A stretch of 64,000 nucleotides of DNA from Gnetum montanum (Eukaryota; Plantae; Gnetophyta). The notes under the pieces were generated by a model. It saw nothing but the letters and a program-made list of their open reading frames with translations, did not search any database and was not told where the DNA came from. A program made the translations under genes and the position numbers. How positions within the stretch are numbered: the stretch's first letter is position 1; every line of letters starts with the position of its first letter. Positions 35,094 through 48,921 of this stretch are shown here, in pieces. Where the stretch lies: positions 1,566,287-1,630,286 of the forward strand of contig MNCI01002813.1 of NCBI GenBank assembly GCA_015680685.1, written 5' to 3'.

Positions 35094-36867
35094 TACCCCC
35101 ATGACTAAATGAAAACTCGTTCTCGAGTTCTTTACAATAATATCAGGAAGGTAGGTATGGGATTATTGACTGAATGGAACTAATGGGATGACATGTGAAT
35201 GGATCATCATTACAAGACACAACAAAATTGGTGTTCAGGACAACAAGGGTGAACACCTTATTACATTGACATCAGGCCTTAGTTGGTAGCTGAGATAGAA
35301 GAGAGAAAGAAGTGTTGCTGCTGCCAATGCCAAGATTGTGCCTTTCGCTGTCCATTCGTAAACACAACATCGATCTTGCCCTTGCATAGCTGCTCCATTG
35401 CAAGTGTTCCTTCCAGATCTGGTTTGTTGATGTATAATTGCCATCTCCACACACAACACAGTCTTATATTAGCAAGGGTAAATGAATCATCATGTAATTA
35501 ATACCTTACTTCAGTGTAAGTCCATTGGCTAGGTTGTGGTATGGCTGATATGGATCTAGAGATATATTAATGATGACTACCGAAGGTGTAGGGGTTAGGA
35601 AAAAATCGAAAAAAAAATCAAGGCTAGGAGAAAATCGAAAAAATTGGGCCCCGTACCCCCATGACCAATCACGAACCTCGAGTAGCGTTAGAATGGAAAA
35701 AGAAAAGGAATAAGAAAGATAGATAAAAAAGGACAACTATGACATCGATGAAATGGATGTCGAGATGGAAATGAACAAAATAAAATTAATTGCAAAATGT
35801 TAAAGGAAAGAATTTAAGTAGTGCACCAAATAGGAATGTCAATGAGTCCTCCCCAAAGTAGGCTCATGCCCTTAATGCCCTAACAAATCCACATTCAAAG
35901 AGTCCATAAGCTCTGGGAATGTCATTTGGAACAAGAGTTAAAGTCTTAACTGCAAGAATTTACCAAAAAGAAAACAATGTATCTACTAAGATATATACTA
36001 ATGATACAACTAGCAATGAGGTGAATAACGGAGAGAAGGATGGAGAGAAGAGAATGAAATGGAGTCTCAAGAACAAGATCGTGTACAGCCCCTTGTGTAT
36101 TGCATGGTTAAAGTGACTTGGTAAATCTCATTCCAACTCCGGCCTCAAACCAACCAAATCTAGTGACTTCGCATTAATGCATTCAGCTAATCCATCCCCT
36201 TGAATAACAAGAATGCCACCACCATTTTGACGAAATAAGGAGGAGAGAATGGGAAGCGAGAAGGGCCTTAGTTAGAGGGAACATTTGTGGTTCCATAACC
36301 AGTGCTTGTAACCCAAGGATTATTTTGTCTAAGGGGTGTGCTTTGAATTCTCACTTTCTCTTTTATTTATTTATTTATTTTTGTGTTTTGTGTTTTTATG
36401 TATGAGAACCACACCATGCAAAGACTTCTTATTTTTATTGTCTCAGCTTCCAATAGTTGGGTAACATCGGAACAGCAAGAAAACTCAAGAAGAAAACATC
36501 TAAACACCCAAGAGAATGGCCAACACAAAAGCATCAAGTTCCCTCGAAGTCACACCCTTTTCAAACCTTGAGTCCTTCCTTAGTTTGAGAAGTGCCCAGT
36601 CACTGGTTCATTAAAGTTCTTATTAGAAAGGGACTATACATTTCCCAGCCAAGAGAGACCATAGACCGGTGGATGGATGGATGAAGTGAACTCATTGTCT
36701 GCCATATCAAAAGAAACATACCTTAGTATCAACATCATGACTTAAAGGTAAAAACCAAACATTAGCAATCAATGAAAAATAGTTCATACCATCAGGAAGA
36801 ACACTTATTGGGTGACAAACTTACAAGGTGGATCACACACACACACAAAATGAAAAAGTATAACGAT

Positions 36868-37000
36868 GTTGTAAAACAAAAACAAAAAGAGTTAAAGAAA
36901 TTTGTAAAACAAAAACAATAAAAGTGAAAGAAATTTGTAAAACAAAAATGTGTAAGACAAAAACGTGTAAAACAAAAATGTGTAAAACAAAAAATCAAAA
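36868..37000. repeat. Degenerate tgtaaaacaaaaa repeats downstream of pol
   Basis: About six copies of (t)gtaa(a/g)acaaaaa. Confidence 0.75.
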
Positions 37001-40000
37001 AGACTGAGGGCCTCCAGTGATCAGCATAGGTGGTCATCTTCCCCATGACTGAATTGTAAGGGAGAGATCCAAAATAGAGAGCGAGGTTGCCCACTAGCGG
37101 AGGTGTAATTTGTACTGGCTGTTTTTGGTTCATGGAAAGGCTTTGTTTGTTGTACATTAACTAATAACCTTTTATTCGGGCTGTCAGGCTTGTATATTAT
37201 CATGGCTCTAGAGGGGAAGGTTGTATGAATAATATAGGATCCTTCCCACAATGTTTGAAATTTTGTACATTGTGGTACATGCGTGGGATTCCAGTAAAGG
37301 ACCTTATCTCCTGGTTGGTACCTAAACCTTCGAATTCTTAAGTCATGACGTTGTTTACTATGTGCCTTGTGTAAATCATTTAACAATAGTGCAACCAATC
37401 TATTCTCATCTAGCACGTTCAGAGTTGCCAAACATTATTTTTGTGCTAGGTCGAGGTCTAGGTGAAGTTCGCAAGCCATGGATAGTGTACAAATCTCATT
37501 TTGTATGGGGAGCTTTGGTAGTTTCCCGTACACTAACTCATAGGGAGAATAGCCTGTAGGAAGCTTCCAAGTGGAGCGGTATGCCCAGAGAGCGTCGTTT
37601 AGTTTTGTGCTCCAGTCTCACCTAAATTTGCTAATTGTTCTTGTTAATATTCTTGTGATCTCCCAGTTAGTAACTTCGGCTTGGCCATTAGCTTGGGGAT
37701 GGTAAGGTGTGGTCAATTTATGCTCAACCCCTAAGCGTTGCATCAATTTGTGAAAGGTTGCACCTGTAAAATGTGTTCCATTATTAGAGATGAGTGCACG
37801 TGGCACACCAAACCTATTTACGATTTGTTGTTGTACAAATCATGCGGCCGTAGATGATGTGCAGTCTGTTACTACGGCTGCTTTAGCCCATTTGGTTAAG
37901 TAATCAACAACAACAATGATATATGCTTTTCCATTGGACATCGGTGTAATAGGCCCCATAAAATCTATGCCCCAGATATCAAAGGATTCCAAAGGTCGAA
38001 TCCATTGTTGTGAACCCTCCATTCTAGTAGTCATTCCACCATCACGTTGGTAGCATTCACAGGATTGGGCAAAATGATGGGCATCCTGAAAGAGTGTTGG
38101 CCAATAATATCCTGCAAGTAGTACCTTGGTAGCCATTCATCTCTCAGCATAATGACCCCCACAGGGGCCCTCATGAGCATCTTGGAGAACTTTTAATTGA
38201 TCCTTATTGAGTACGCACCATCGAACCAAGCCATTAGAACAGACTTTATAAAGTTGTCCCTTGATTTCCATGAAGTACTTGGTTTTGTGAAGAAATTGTT
38301 GTTTCTTCCTAAAGTCCAACCCTTGTGGTGTTTTTTAGGAAATGAGATAAGTAAGAATGCTACTATACCAATTTATTTTTGCGGGTTGATCATTTACTAC
38401 ACCAACAAAGAGGGTTTCATCAGGAAAATGGTCAGATACAGCATATTCATCATCTTTGTTGTCCCAACGCAACCGAGATAGGTGATTTGCGACTACATTC
38501 TCGGTGCCTTTGCGATCTACTATTGTTAAATCGAACTCTTGAAGAATTACTAACCAACATATGATACGTGGGCTAACCGTTGGCTTGTTCATAAGGAACC
38601 TAATTGCACTATGATCCATGTGGATGTATACTTTGTAACCCAATACATAGTGCCTAAATTTGTCTAGTGCAAACACTACAGCCATTAATTCCTTTTCCAT
38701 AGTTGTGTAGTTGAGTTGTGCACTAGTGATACTTTTACTGGCACAATGGATGTAATAAGGTCATTTTTGTTCATCTAATTGTGTCTGTATGGCTCCTAAG
38801 GTGTAATTAGATGCGTCAGTCATGATATGGAATGGCCTAGACCAATCAAGGGCTTGTAGAATAGGAGTTTCCACAAGTCTCTGTTTAAGAGTTTGGAATG
38901 CTCATTCGCATTCCTTGGTCCATTCGAATGGTGCATCTTTTTTTGTTAATTCCACCAACAGCTTGGCAATTTTGGAGAAGTTCTCGATAAATCTCCTGAA
39001 GTAGCCAGTGTGTCCAAGGAATGACTGAATGTCTTTGATAGTCTTTAGTTATCAAGTAATTCCTTGAATAACTTTAATTTTTTTCGGGTTCCACCTCTAT
39101 TCCTGATTGTGAAATTTTATGCCCTAGTACTACGCCCTCTTAAACCATCAAATGGCTTTTCTACCAGTTGAGCTTTAGGTTGGTTTCAACATGTCATTTT
39201 AATACTTGCTCCAATTGATCGAGGGCTTGATCAAAGCTCATCCCATAAGTGGAGAATTCGTCCATGAAGACTTCTACTCCGTTACCTATTTTCTGCTGAA
39301 AGATGCTTAGAACTAATCGTTGGAATGTGGCAAGGGCATTGCACAAGCTAAAAGGCATTTGTCTATATGCAAACGTTCCCCAAGGATCGGTGAACGTTAT
39401 TTTGGCTTGGTCTTCTGGTGCGATTCGTATTTGGTTGTACCCACTATACCCATGTAGAAAACTATAGTAGTGATGCCCTGCTATCATGTCTAAGACTTGG
39501 TCAACAAATGGCAATGGGAAGTGATCTTTGAAGGTTGCCTCCTTTCTTTGGTATGATTACAAGAGGGCTAACCCATTCACTATCAACAATGGGGTAAATG
39601 AACCTAGCCTTGAGAAGTTGCTCTATCTCCTCTTTTACTATTTTTTTTTAACTTTGGGTTCAATGGCCTCTGCGGTTGTTTGCGAGGCTTCATGGAGGGA
39701 TCTATGTAAATCCTATGCTGGCATATCCTTGGGTCTATTCTGGTTAGTTCAGGGTATGACCAAGCAAAGGCTGTTGACCACTTATTTATCACCTTCAGCA
39801 AACTCTCTTTTTGCTTGTGGGCAAGCTTTGCATTGATGATTACTAGTTTTTCATTTTTAAGGGTCATGTATTCCAAACCGGTGGGCAATGATTTTAAATC
39901 TAGGGGCTCTTGTTTAAACTTCTCAGGAATCTCCAACTTCCCCCTAGTTAATGTTTTCAAGGTTAAGGGCTAGAAGTTGGCCATAGACCTGCTCAAGTGC

Positions 40001-43000
40001 ATCCATGCTTTCAATGTAAGTACTCGTTATCCCCTCAGTCAGTTCCATGCATGTCGTTGAATTTTTCTCTTGGTCAGCCATCAGCCACTGGGTGTTTTCT
40101 TGTTGTGCGGCTGCTGCATATAAGCACTTTTGTATATTAATGTCTTTTGCACACCGATTACATGCAAGCAATGTTAAACTCCACATTACCCATGATTTCT
40201 GCACGCAATGGCACCCTGTGTCACTATATGCGATGCATGGGACTTTCTTCTTCTCAATCTTTCCAAAGGTATTTTTCTTGGATATTTCTAGGGAAAGATT
40301 ACGAATTCCTAGGCGCACATCTAATGTGCTCAACCATGTCCTTCCCATTATTATGGGAAGTCTCCCTTGTCATTGTTTATTTGGATCACTAGGAAATCAG
40401 TCAGATATGACCAACCACCTATGGTGGTGACAATGTCCTCAACTTGTCCCAAAGGAACAGTGATGGACTGGTCAACCAGCTCTAAGTGAATATTGCTCTT
40501 CTTGAGTGGAGGCAGGTTCCAGGTCTTATACAATTCTTGTGAAATTAAATTGACCCCGGAGCCTGAGTCAAGANTGTTGGTCTTAAAGAAAGGTCTTTTT
40601 GGCGTATGATTTTTAGGACCAACTGAGAATTGAGGATTGGGAGCCCTTGTGATATCGGATTGTTGTGATTAAGTGGGAATTACTCTGGGCCTTGTTGGAA
40701 CGGTTGGTGGTGGAGCTCCTAGTGTAAGAGATGCGGATGGATTTGGAGGATAGTATGGGTATGGAGTGCATCTTGGAGGAGAAGGAGTCCTAAAACACTC
40801 CGGAACTTGGTAGTAACGTGGAGGGTTTATGTGACCCATAGAGTCACCTAGAGAAACTGGTTGCTGCACATAGTATCCATATGGGTCTGGTTTCCGGTAA
40901 AGGTACTATTGTTTCAGTGGTGGCATCCCCCATGACTGTGGGTATTACCATTGCTGATGCTGTCCGATGGGTTGTGGTGGAGTTCCACTTGGATAGTATG
41001 TTAATGGTTGGTGGAACTGCCTTGGGTTACATTGAGGATAAGGTAACCTTCGGGGTGTTTGCCATTGGTTAAGTCTTGGATTAAGTGCATACATCCCAGA
41101 TGCCTGTAGATGTGAGATGATTGGACAACATCCCTTGGGATGATCATAATGGTAGATCTCACATCCACTGTCATCATTTATGTCTGAATCCACAACTTCA
41201 TTAGAGATAGTAATTTTCCCCTTACCCTTGTTATGTACAGGGCTTGAATTTCTCTGCTTTGTCTTATCTTTGTCACTAATTCGTTCCTCCTTAGACTTTT
41301 CTACAATTTTCAAGACAGTTTCAAGTCTGGAGTCTAAGGAATCCCACAATTGATCCTTCTTAGTTGACACTTCGGTTGTTAGTTTTTGAATCGACAAGGT
41401 TTTTCTATTCACCAACTCTTCGAGTGGTGACTCATCCTCCTCATCGCAAAATTTCACTCCCTTCTTTTGAAGAGAGGGGTCACAGTTGTATTCTTCCACA
41501 CTTTCCCTTTTTCATAGTTCACCTTCTTCTTTTGCTACTTGTTCCAACAAGCAATGAACTTCATGAGCTCTAAGTTCTGATCGTCTCCCTTGGGCATAAG
41601 TCCCAAGGGTTCTTCTAATTTCATGCCTTAGCCCATCCACGATGTGGCGAAGTTGATCCCGCTGTGCGTAACCATGGCCTAGACAACGATGTAACAATGC
41701 GTAATAGCAGCCCATGGCAGCATCCAAGGGTTCATGAGTACCTTGCTTCCATCCTTGGATCTGCTTACGCAAGTTAGACACTCTGGAGTATGTTTGATAC
41801 TTATCATTGAAGAGTTCTAACATCATACTCCACCTCCTAATGGTTTCCAGCTCTAAAGATCAGTACCAACTCTCTACTTCTTTGATGAGTGTCATGGGAA
41901 ACAAATTAAGTTTTTGCCACTCATTTTCTATATTTTGCAAGGCACAGGCATCGTGGAATGCCTGTAAATGATGCTACGGATTAGCATTGTATCCCCCTTC
42001 AAAGCGTGGGATGTTATTCATGTCCAAGCATTTGATTCGACTATCTTTGAAATGCCTTGTTGGTATCCTAACTACCTCTATTATGTCGAGCATACCTTGG
42101 GTTGCAAGTGGGGGCTCGTCATGATCATCTCTTTCATGACACCAGTGATGTTTGCATTGTTCCCTACTTTCCCTTCATTCATGCCTTTTCCTCTCTCTTG
42201 ACTTTCCCATCGAGGTCTCTCATTTTATCTACCTCTATCCTCATCATTATGTTCATGGTGGCTGCGCCCAGATGTGGTAGAAAAGGGTGAGTGATGAAAT
42301 GAAGGAGAAGAGGAAGGGGAACCATCGTCATGGCAATGTTTCCTACCTTCTCTTCTATGGCTTCGACCCTGATCGTGATGACGATCTAAGTGCCCGTCCT
42401 TGTCATATGTTGTTATTCCCTTAGTGAACAGCTGGTGTTCATGGGGATCAGAACCAAGGTTGTGTATCGTGGAGCGTAGGTTCTGATGCCCCACCTCCTC
42501 ACTTTCATTAGGAGGGGAAACATCTTTCAATAGAGAACTCGTTATGAGTGGCTCACCATCTCCTATTTCACTTAGGACATGTGGGACCTCTGTGCTCTTC
42601 AATAGTGTATGTTGGCTCTCCTACCTTAAGTCCCTCATAGGTTGTGCTTCTGTGGGATAATAATCCCTTGAGTCGAAATCTACTGCGACGTATTCAGCAT
42701 ACAATTCTATCATGTTGATCTGTGCCAAAGCACGAAGAAGCATGTTTGGGACTAACCAATCTAGAGTAACACTATGTTACCTTGCAAATCTCTCCATCCC
42801 AGCTGTTCGTCTTGATGGAGGATAAAGGTAAATTTTGGAATATACTCATCAGGATGAGTATAGACTATCTGATATTGTTGAGGACTTGGCTAATTTCGGT
42901 TATGTGTTTTTGATTGCCGACTGTTCTTTGTATGGTCCCTAGGCGGTGAGTTGCTTTTGTTAGAAAAAGACATTGTTATTTATTGGTATGCTAATTACTG

Positions 43001-43100
43001 TTATATAATTTTTTTCTTTTAATTAATTAACCTGAATGTTTGTTTAGGCTCCCAACGATGTGAGTGATGTCCTATGTTCTATTTAGCACACAAACACTTA

Positions 43101-43120
43101 GTCCCTAGCAATAGTGCCTA
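43101..43120 (-). promoter_or_regulatory. Primer-binding site (degenerate tRNA-Asp type)
   Basis: Minus strand taggcactattgctagggac is close to TGGCGCCGTTGCCGGGGA, the Athila-type PBS. Related sites at 49800 and 61498. Confidence 0.75.
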
Positions 43121-43985
43121 TAATGAGTGGCGAGATACCCCTACGCTCAACCATACGAATACGAGTGTAGCACGTGTGATTCGGTTGAACTCCACAAACT
43201 AAGTACCTACACACCCCATGGAACACTTAGGGTTAATCATTCATTGTCTTCCCAAACTTACTTGTAGTTGTCACGGTGTATGGTTAAGTAAGTCCGAGGT
43301 ATATGATTTTTATAGCTTTTTATGTTTTATGTCTCCTATGCTCTGAGGTGAAGGGTTGAAGAAACTAATTACTAACTCTAACTAATGAACTAAGTCTAAT
43401 TTAGCCTAGCGTCAGCATTCATTCCCACTTACTGTACACACCCTGAATCGATGCAACCACGGCTACCAAATGCTAATCGTTGCTGGGATCACCACGCGTA
43501 ACGCACGTGTTCGAAGTGGTCATACTGAGGCACTTAACTAGGAGAGAAGGGTTGAGAAGGAAAGTAGTAAATAACAAGTAATAAATAACAAATAATAAAT
43601 AATAGTAATAAAATCCTATTCTATGCGTTGCAAGGTTTATCCACGAGGCTCGTCTTTATTACCATACACAAACTTGTGTTCAGGTACAATGTTTGCTCGA
43701 ATAAAGATCTGTTCACTTTAGGACACCTACTGCGGGCACATGCAAAATATTCTATCTTTGGAGTGATCAATCTGCTAGAGTTTCCCCACTGTCTAGCCTA
43801 GGATGATGAAACAAGGGAGAGCCACCTCTTATTTATAGATACGACGATGCACCACGATATTGCGTACGTGATATCGCAGGGGAAGACATGATATCGTGTA
43901 TGCGATATCGTGACGGCCGCGATATCACGACGGCCATGATATCGTGTACACGATGTCGCGACCCATGCAATATCGCATCCCATCA
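43121..43985 (-). repeat. 5' LTR of Athila-like element 1
   Basis: Homologous to 34277-35093, followed by TSD ATGAA. The terminal TG is mutated to TA at 43121. Confidence 0.95.
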
Positions 43986-46300
43986 ATGAAAATTTTGGCT
44001 TTATCCTTAGAAGATACATTCTAGACAATGTTTTAACAACCACTAAACCTTTAAATTGGGCTAAAGAGTCTAAGCAATGTTACTTTCTTCTTAAGTTGGA
44101 TTTTGCTAAAGCTTATAATCAAAATGAATGACATTTTTATTCTTAAAACTCTTGAGCATTTGCAATTACAAAGTTAATTTATTCATCATGTTTCACTTCT
44201 TCTTGTAGATGCTTTGACTAGAATATTTATTGATGGGAAGCTATCTAATGCATTCTTTCTATAAAGATCAATTAGGCAAGGTTGTCCTCTTGTCCCTGTT
44301 TTTCTTTTTTATTGTAGCCAATGTATTGGGCTATGCCTTTGATTTTGAATATAGAATGAACAATATTCATGGTATCTCTATTCCTTTCAATGTTGGTTAC
44401 ATTAATATTAGTCAAGTTGCAAAGATATTTCTAATGCCACAAGAAGACTAATGAAAGATTCAAAAAACTATCAATATTATTCAAACTTACTATGATGCTT
44501 CTAACTCAAGATTTAATCAGGAAGAGTCTAGTGGCATTAAATCTTCTTATAGACCTATTAATCTAACCATCCGTAATGTTGTTTGAAGATGCATAAAACT
44601 ACACAAGACCTTTAAACTTATTGGCATATCTTTTGCTAGTATTCCTAGCATTTCACAATCATGGGATTCTATTATGTAGAAAGTTATACAAAAAGTAGAA
44701 ATGTGGTCTAAATGGCATCTTTCTTTTCTTAAAAGGATTGTTGTTGCAAAGCACATTCATTTTTCGACCCATGTTTACTACTCTTCTCTTCTATCTCTTA
44801 AAAAATGCAACCATATAAAAAAAAGGATCATCACTTAAGAGGCTCAATGCTCATCTTACTAAGATGGGGTTCTAGGAGGATAGGTTAATGAGTGAAAGAC
44901 TAAACTCTTTCAAGTGGTTGTGCTTAGGCTTAAACCTAGGTCTTAGGACTTGAGAAACAAACACTTTACCATCACTATATAAATGCAACTATATAAAAAT
45001 TAAAAGAATTACTATGAGTTATATTTAGAGAAATAATAATTTTAGTTATGACTTTGCTCGAGTGTAGTGGAATATTTGTACTCTTGCCAAAGAGAAAAAT
45101 GATCCTTGAATTGGTAGTCTTTATGAACAATCATTGGCTCTATCTACTAAATGGATTGTTAAGGTAGTGGATGGTATGGAGAGTTGGAAGAAATAAGTTA
45201 GACTTAATTTTCAATAAATAAGTGACAATCAATTTCTCTCTCGTTTATCTTAATTAATTTAGATTTTTTTTAGAGCTCCCTCGAAGATTGAAGCTCCATG
45301 TTTCTCCAAGCTACATGGCAAAAATGGCAAGTTATTTAAAATTTTTTAAGTTGGTCTCCTAAGAATGCTAACCTTTCTATGTTTCAATCACATTTATTAT
45401 GGTGGTTTGTAATTATTGTGCCTACTTTTATTAAATTTTAACATCCTTCTATGAAGATTTTAAAGTTATTACCAATTTAAAGTTGGGAGGATTTTGTAGG
45501 TTATTCAAGGATTATGTAAGATGAAGTTATTATTCACAAGTTTCCTACTCTTAGAAACTATTATCTCTTGTTACAAGTTATCCTTTCAATTGATGAAGCA
45601 CAGCTTTAGGCACTTGAATCATCTTTTAGGAAATTGTAAGATAACTGGATTTGAAATGATGTTTCTCATATTTTAGACTTAAAAGGCTCCAAATGCATGA
45701 GTAGGGTGCTTCCAAGAGAACAATGTGTTAAATATTTAAATCACAAATGGTGTATTAATTGGAGCTTTGATAAATGAGGGATCACTTATAAAAAATTAAA
45801 GAGGATTGGTTGGCAACCTAAGATTAAAGTTTTCATATGATCATTACTTAATAATGGATTATCAATGGGTGCAATAATGCAATAGATTGAGCTTGACACA
45901 TCTAAATGTGCTCTTTGTGATTCTTTAATTTTTTATTTTTTTTGCATTTACTTTTGAATTGCTCAATGATAAAGCCTATGATGACTCTTTTATTTTAACA
46001 AACATTTTCTATATCCTTGTTGTCTTATACTCTTATTGATTATATTTCACCTACTATCTTGAGTCCTACAAAAGATTTTGAAATTCTTGAATTTTTTTTT
46101 CTTATTTGAAAGAAATGAAATAAGTATATGTTTAGCAACTACTAAGTTTGACTTTCAACAAGTATTGTTTTTTCTTCTATCCATCTCTTCCTTCAACTTT
46201 AAGTTCTTGACAATAGTGCATCTATTATAGTTAGAAATAAATATGTTCTTCTTCTTCATCAACTTAATGCCTAAGAAGCTCTATTTTTTATCCTTCAACA
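43986..46300 (+). mobile_element. Decayed L1 ORF2, 3' part
   Basis: FGFILRRYILDNVL, LLKLDFAKAY, IRQGCPL, and a zf-RVT-like region (PKIKVFI, CALCDS, ~45820-45920). The 3' end is approximate. Confidence 0.8.
44821..44980 (-). mobile_element. tRNA-derived SINE, family B (Au-like), nested in L1
   Basis: Homologous to 12428-12578. TSD aaatgcaac(c/t)atataaaa (44803-44820 / 44981-44998). Confidence 0.8.
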
Positions 46301-46692
46301 AGATGTTACCTTTATCTACTATAGTCTATAAGCTTACCCTCTATGAGTAAGTAATAGAATACATTTATCTTTTGTTGTTGAATAACTAGTGGAGAGTTTT
46401 GTTATTCTAGCTTCATGTTTGATGTTATTTTAAAAGCCACAACCTTAGTTGTTGTCTTTTATAGTAATTTTGTTATAGATGTTTCATGCTATTAAGTATG
46501 AGTCTAAATACCTTCGAGTATTTTAAAAAGTTGTATTTTTTTATGTTATCCTTAATTTAAACTCCTTTCCTATTTTTTTTAATAAATTGATTTCAATGTT
46601 ATGGGTATGGAATTAAGATTTTTCATCTTTGCTACAATATATTCTAGTACTCTAATGTTCAAACATGTGTTTTATAGATACATATGACCCAT

Positions 46693-46848
46693 TTCAAACA
46701 ATGAAGTGTTAGCCTAGTGGTATGGGTTTTGGCCTAGCAACCCTAGGTCATAGGTTCTATGCTACTAGGTAGCATTGAGTTATAAACTTCTATAAATCTT
46801 AGGGTGTACCTATGTTTCACTTATTTTGGGTTCCAGCAACCCCCTCCA
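46693..46848 (+). mobile_element. tRNA-derived SINE, family A
   Basis: A box tagcctagtggt, B-box-like taggttctatgc, and perfect TSD acatatgacccat (46680-46692 / 46849-46861). Confidence 0.85.
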
Positions 46849-48105
46849 ACATATGACCCATGCAAATTTTGAAATGGTTAAGAAGAGGTTGATATAAATT
46901 TTGGATTAATGATAATTTTATTTTTTAGAATTAAACTTGAAATTTTGATTCCAATTCTATTGATTATTCTAAAATTCCTTATTAAATTAAATTAAAAAAT
47001 TATTCACTTATCTTTTCAAGTACTATAAAGTGAAATTGTTGGTAGCATTAGTGTAATCTTCAAACTAAATTTATATAAATTATTATATGCTATGCACTTC
47101 ATATATTATTTTATAAAGATTGATCTATAGTAAAGGAAGACAAAATTAAAACTCAAAGTAAGTAATTAGTATTATTCCCAAAAAATTGCACACTACAATT
47201 TGAAAAGAAGTTGTAGTCATTATAAATGTGAATGCCTTATTATTAGCGCTTGAACTCTTCTCAATAAAAGATTATTCCTGAGGCAAAAAAAATAACTTTC
47301 TTATTAGAATACATTCTCTAAGTTTAGATACAATCATTAATTTGTTAAGTCATCAATAGTTGCAAATACGTTATAAGGTTCACTAAGAGACATAGCTACT
47401 TATGAAGAATATAAGATCCCAAGTCCACACTTTGTAAGTGCACAAAAAAAGACAAATTAAATGATATGAATTAATACAAAGTGGGAAGGCATTAGAACAA
47501 TAGTTGAAGAAAGTATCTATAAGTCAAAAGGATATGATTGTGGTAATTTGTAAAAACCATATAACATAAAAAGAAGAAAGAAGTTCATAGTGATACCAAA
47601 TGATACCTAAGAAGTGAAGTAAAGTGAAAAGCTAAAGATCTAGATATGTCTAGCACCAAAAGGCAGACTGGGGCATCATGAATATGAAGAAATTTAGCTT
47701 GGTGAGTGGAATGAAGATGTCACATGAGAAGTAGCTACAAAGGCTATGAAGGAAGAAGGACATGCCATTATAAGCTAGTAGTCCATTTATTGTTTTAGAA
47801 TAGTTGAACCAATTTAGCAATGAATCGTTGAAGGAGTCTAGAGTGGCACAACCCATGCAACACTAAGGATAATAGTTATTGACAAGCATTTTAAGTATGC
47901 CATGAGACAATGATGTAAAGAAGATATTATAACAATATAACAGTTATAGTGGTACCTAAAGAAGAGTAGCACCACATAAACACTTGAAGTTTTTACCAAC
48001 TTAGTATAGCCTAACCTAGAGGAACAATAGGCCTAAAGATGATGTTACAATTTCACAGAACTAGAACTAGTACTTCTTATAGACTATTTATGATAACTTA
48101 GGATG

Positions 48106-48247
48106 CATGTTAGAACCCAAAATAAGTGAAACCTAGGTATACCCCAAGATTTATAGAAGTTTATAACTTAATGCTACATAGGAGAACTGAAACTATGCCC
48201 TGGGGTTACCAAGCCATGACTCGTACTAGTAGGCTAACACCTTATTA
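48106..48247 (-). mobile_element. tRNA-derived SINE, family A
   Basis: Inverted homolog of 46693-46848. TSD ttatgataa(ct/ag)taggatg (48088-48105 / 48248-48265). Confidence 0.82.
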
Positions 48248-48449
48248 TTATGATAAAGTAGGATGAAAACTAATATACGATGTTGATCATTGTAACTCTA
48301 TTTATTGTGAGAGGATTTGTAAGCAATTAGTAAGATTTATTATGCTCATAACTATAACAAGACTATGGAGCATAATTATCTTAAAATTTAGAGCTATGAT
48401 CTTACTTCTAACTCATTTAGATCTTGATATATCTTAGTGTTGCCTAGTG

Positions 48450-48921
48450 AAGAAGGCATAAAATCAAACTTTAACATTTCTTTAAAAAATATTAATATTA
48501 ATAATTCTTAGAAAGCACAAATATAACATTCTTCAATGACTTATCTAACTTATTATTAATCTATTTAAATTTGAGAATGTTAGTAAATTTTCTATAACTA
48601 AAGAAAATTTCTAACATGAGGAAGGTTAAGTTGGTTATGCATACACTTGGAAATTCAACTAGTAAGAACATTCAATGTTAGTACAAAAAATTTCTTTTTA
48701 GAAGCTAAGAATTTCTCAGTTGGAACAAGTAATATAAATGTTGACAATAAATATTTTTACATAGTACAATGCAAAAAGAAAACCAGGGAAGAAGGCATAA
48801 ATCAAATTCTAACATTTATTTAAAAAATAGAAATATTAATAATTCCTAGAAAGTATCAATATAACCTTCTTCAATAACTTTCTAATGTATTATTAACCCA
48901 TTTAAAATTGAGAATGTTAGT
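48450..48921. repeat. ~130-bp direct repeat (~340-bp spacing); second copy cut by an LTR
   Basis: gaagaaggcataaa...ttgagaatgttagt at ~48450-48584 and ~48789-48921. Confidence 0.8.

Larger units (their letters stand above)
34277..43985 (-). mobile_element. Full-length, mutated Athila-like Ty3/gypsy LTR retrotransposon
   Basis: LTRs at 34277-35093 and 43121-43985; TSD ATGAA (34272-34276 / 43986-43990). gag (~42000-41000), protease LDSGSGVNLI (~40570), RT (GYSGYNQI, MPFSLCNA, VFMDEFS), RNase H (EKELMAVVFALDKF), integrase (WGIDFMGP, TPYHPQANGQAE), GPY/F-like motif. Confidence 0.96.

Noticed and set aside
47190-47950. CACTA terminus and transposase remnant
   Set aside because: Only a short cactacaa match; no partner TIR or recognisable domain.
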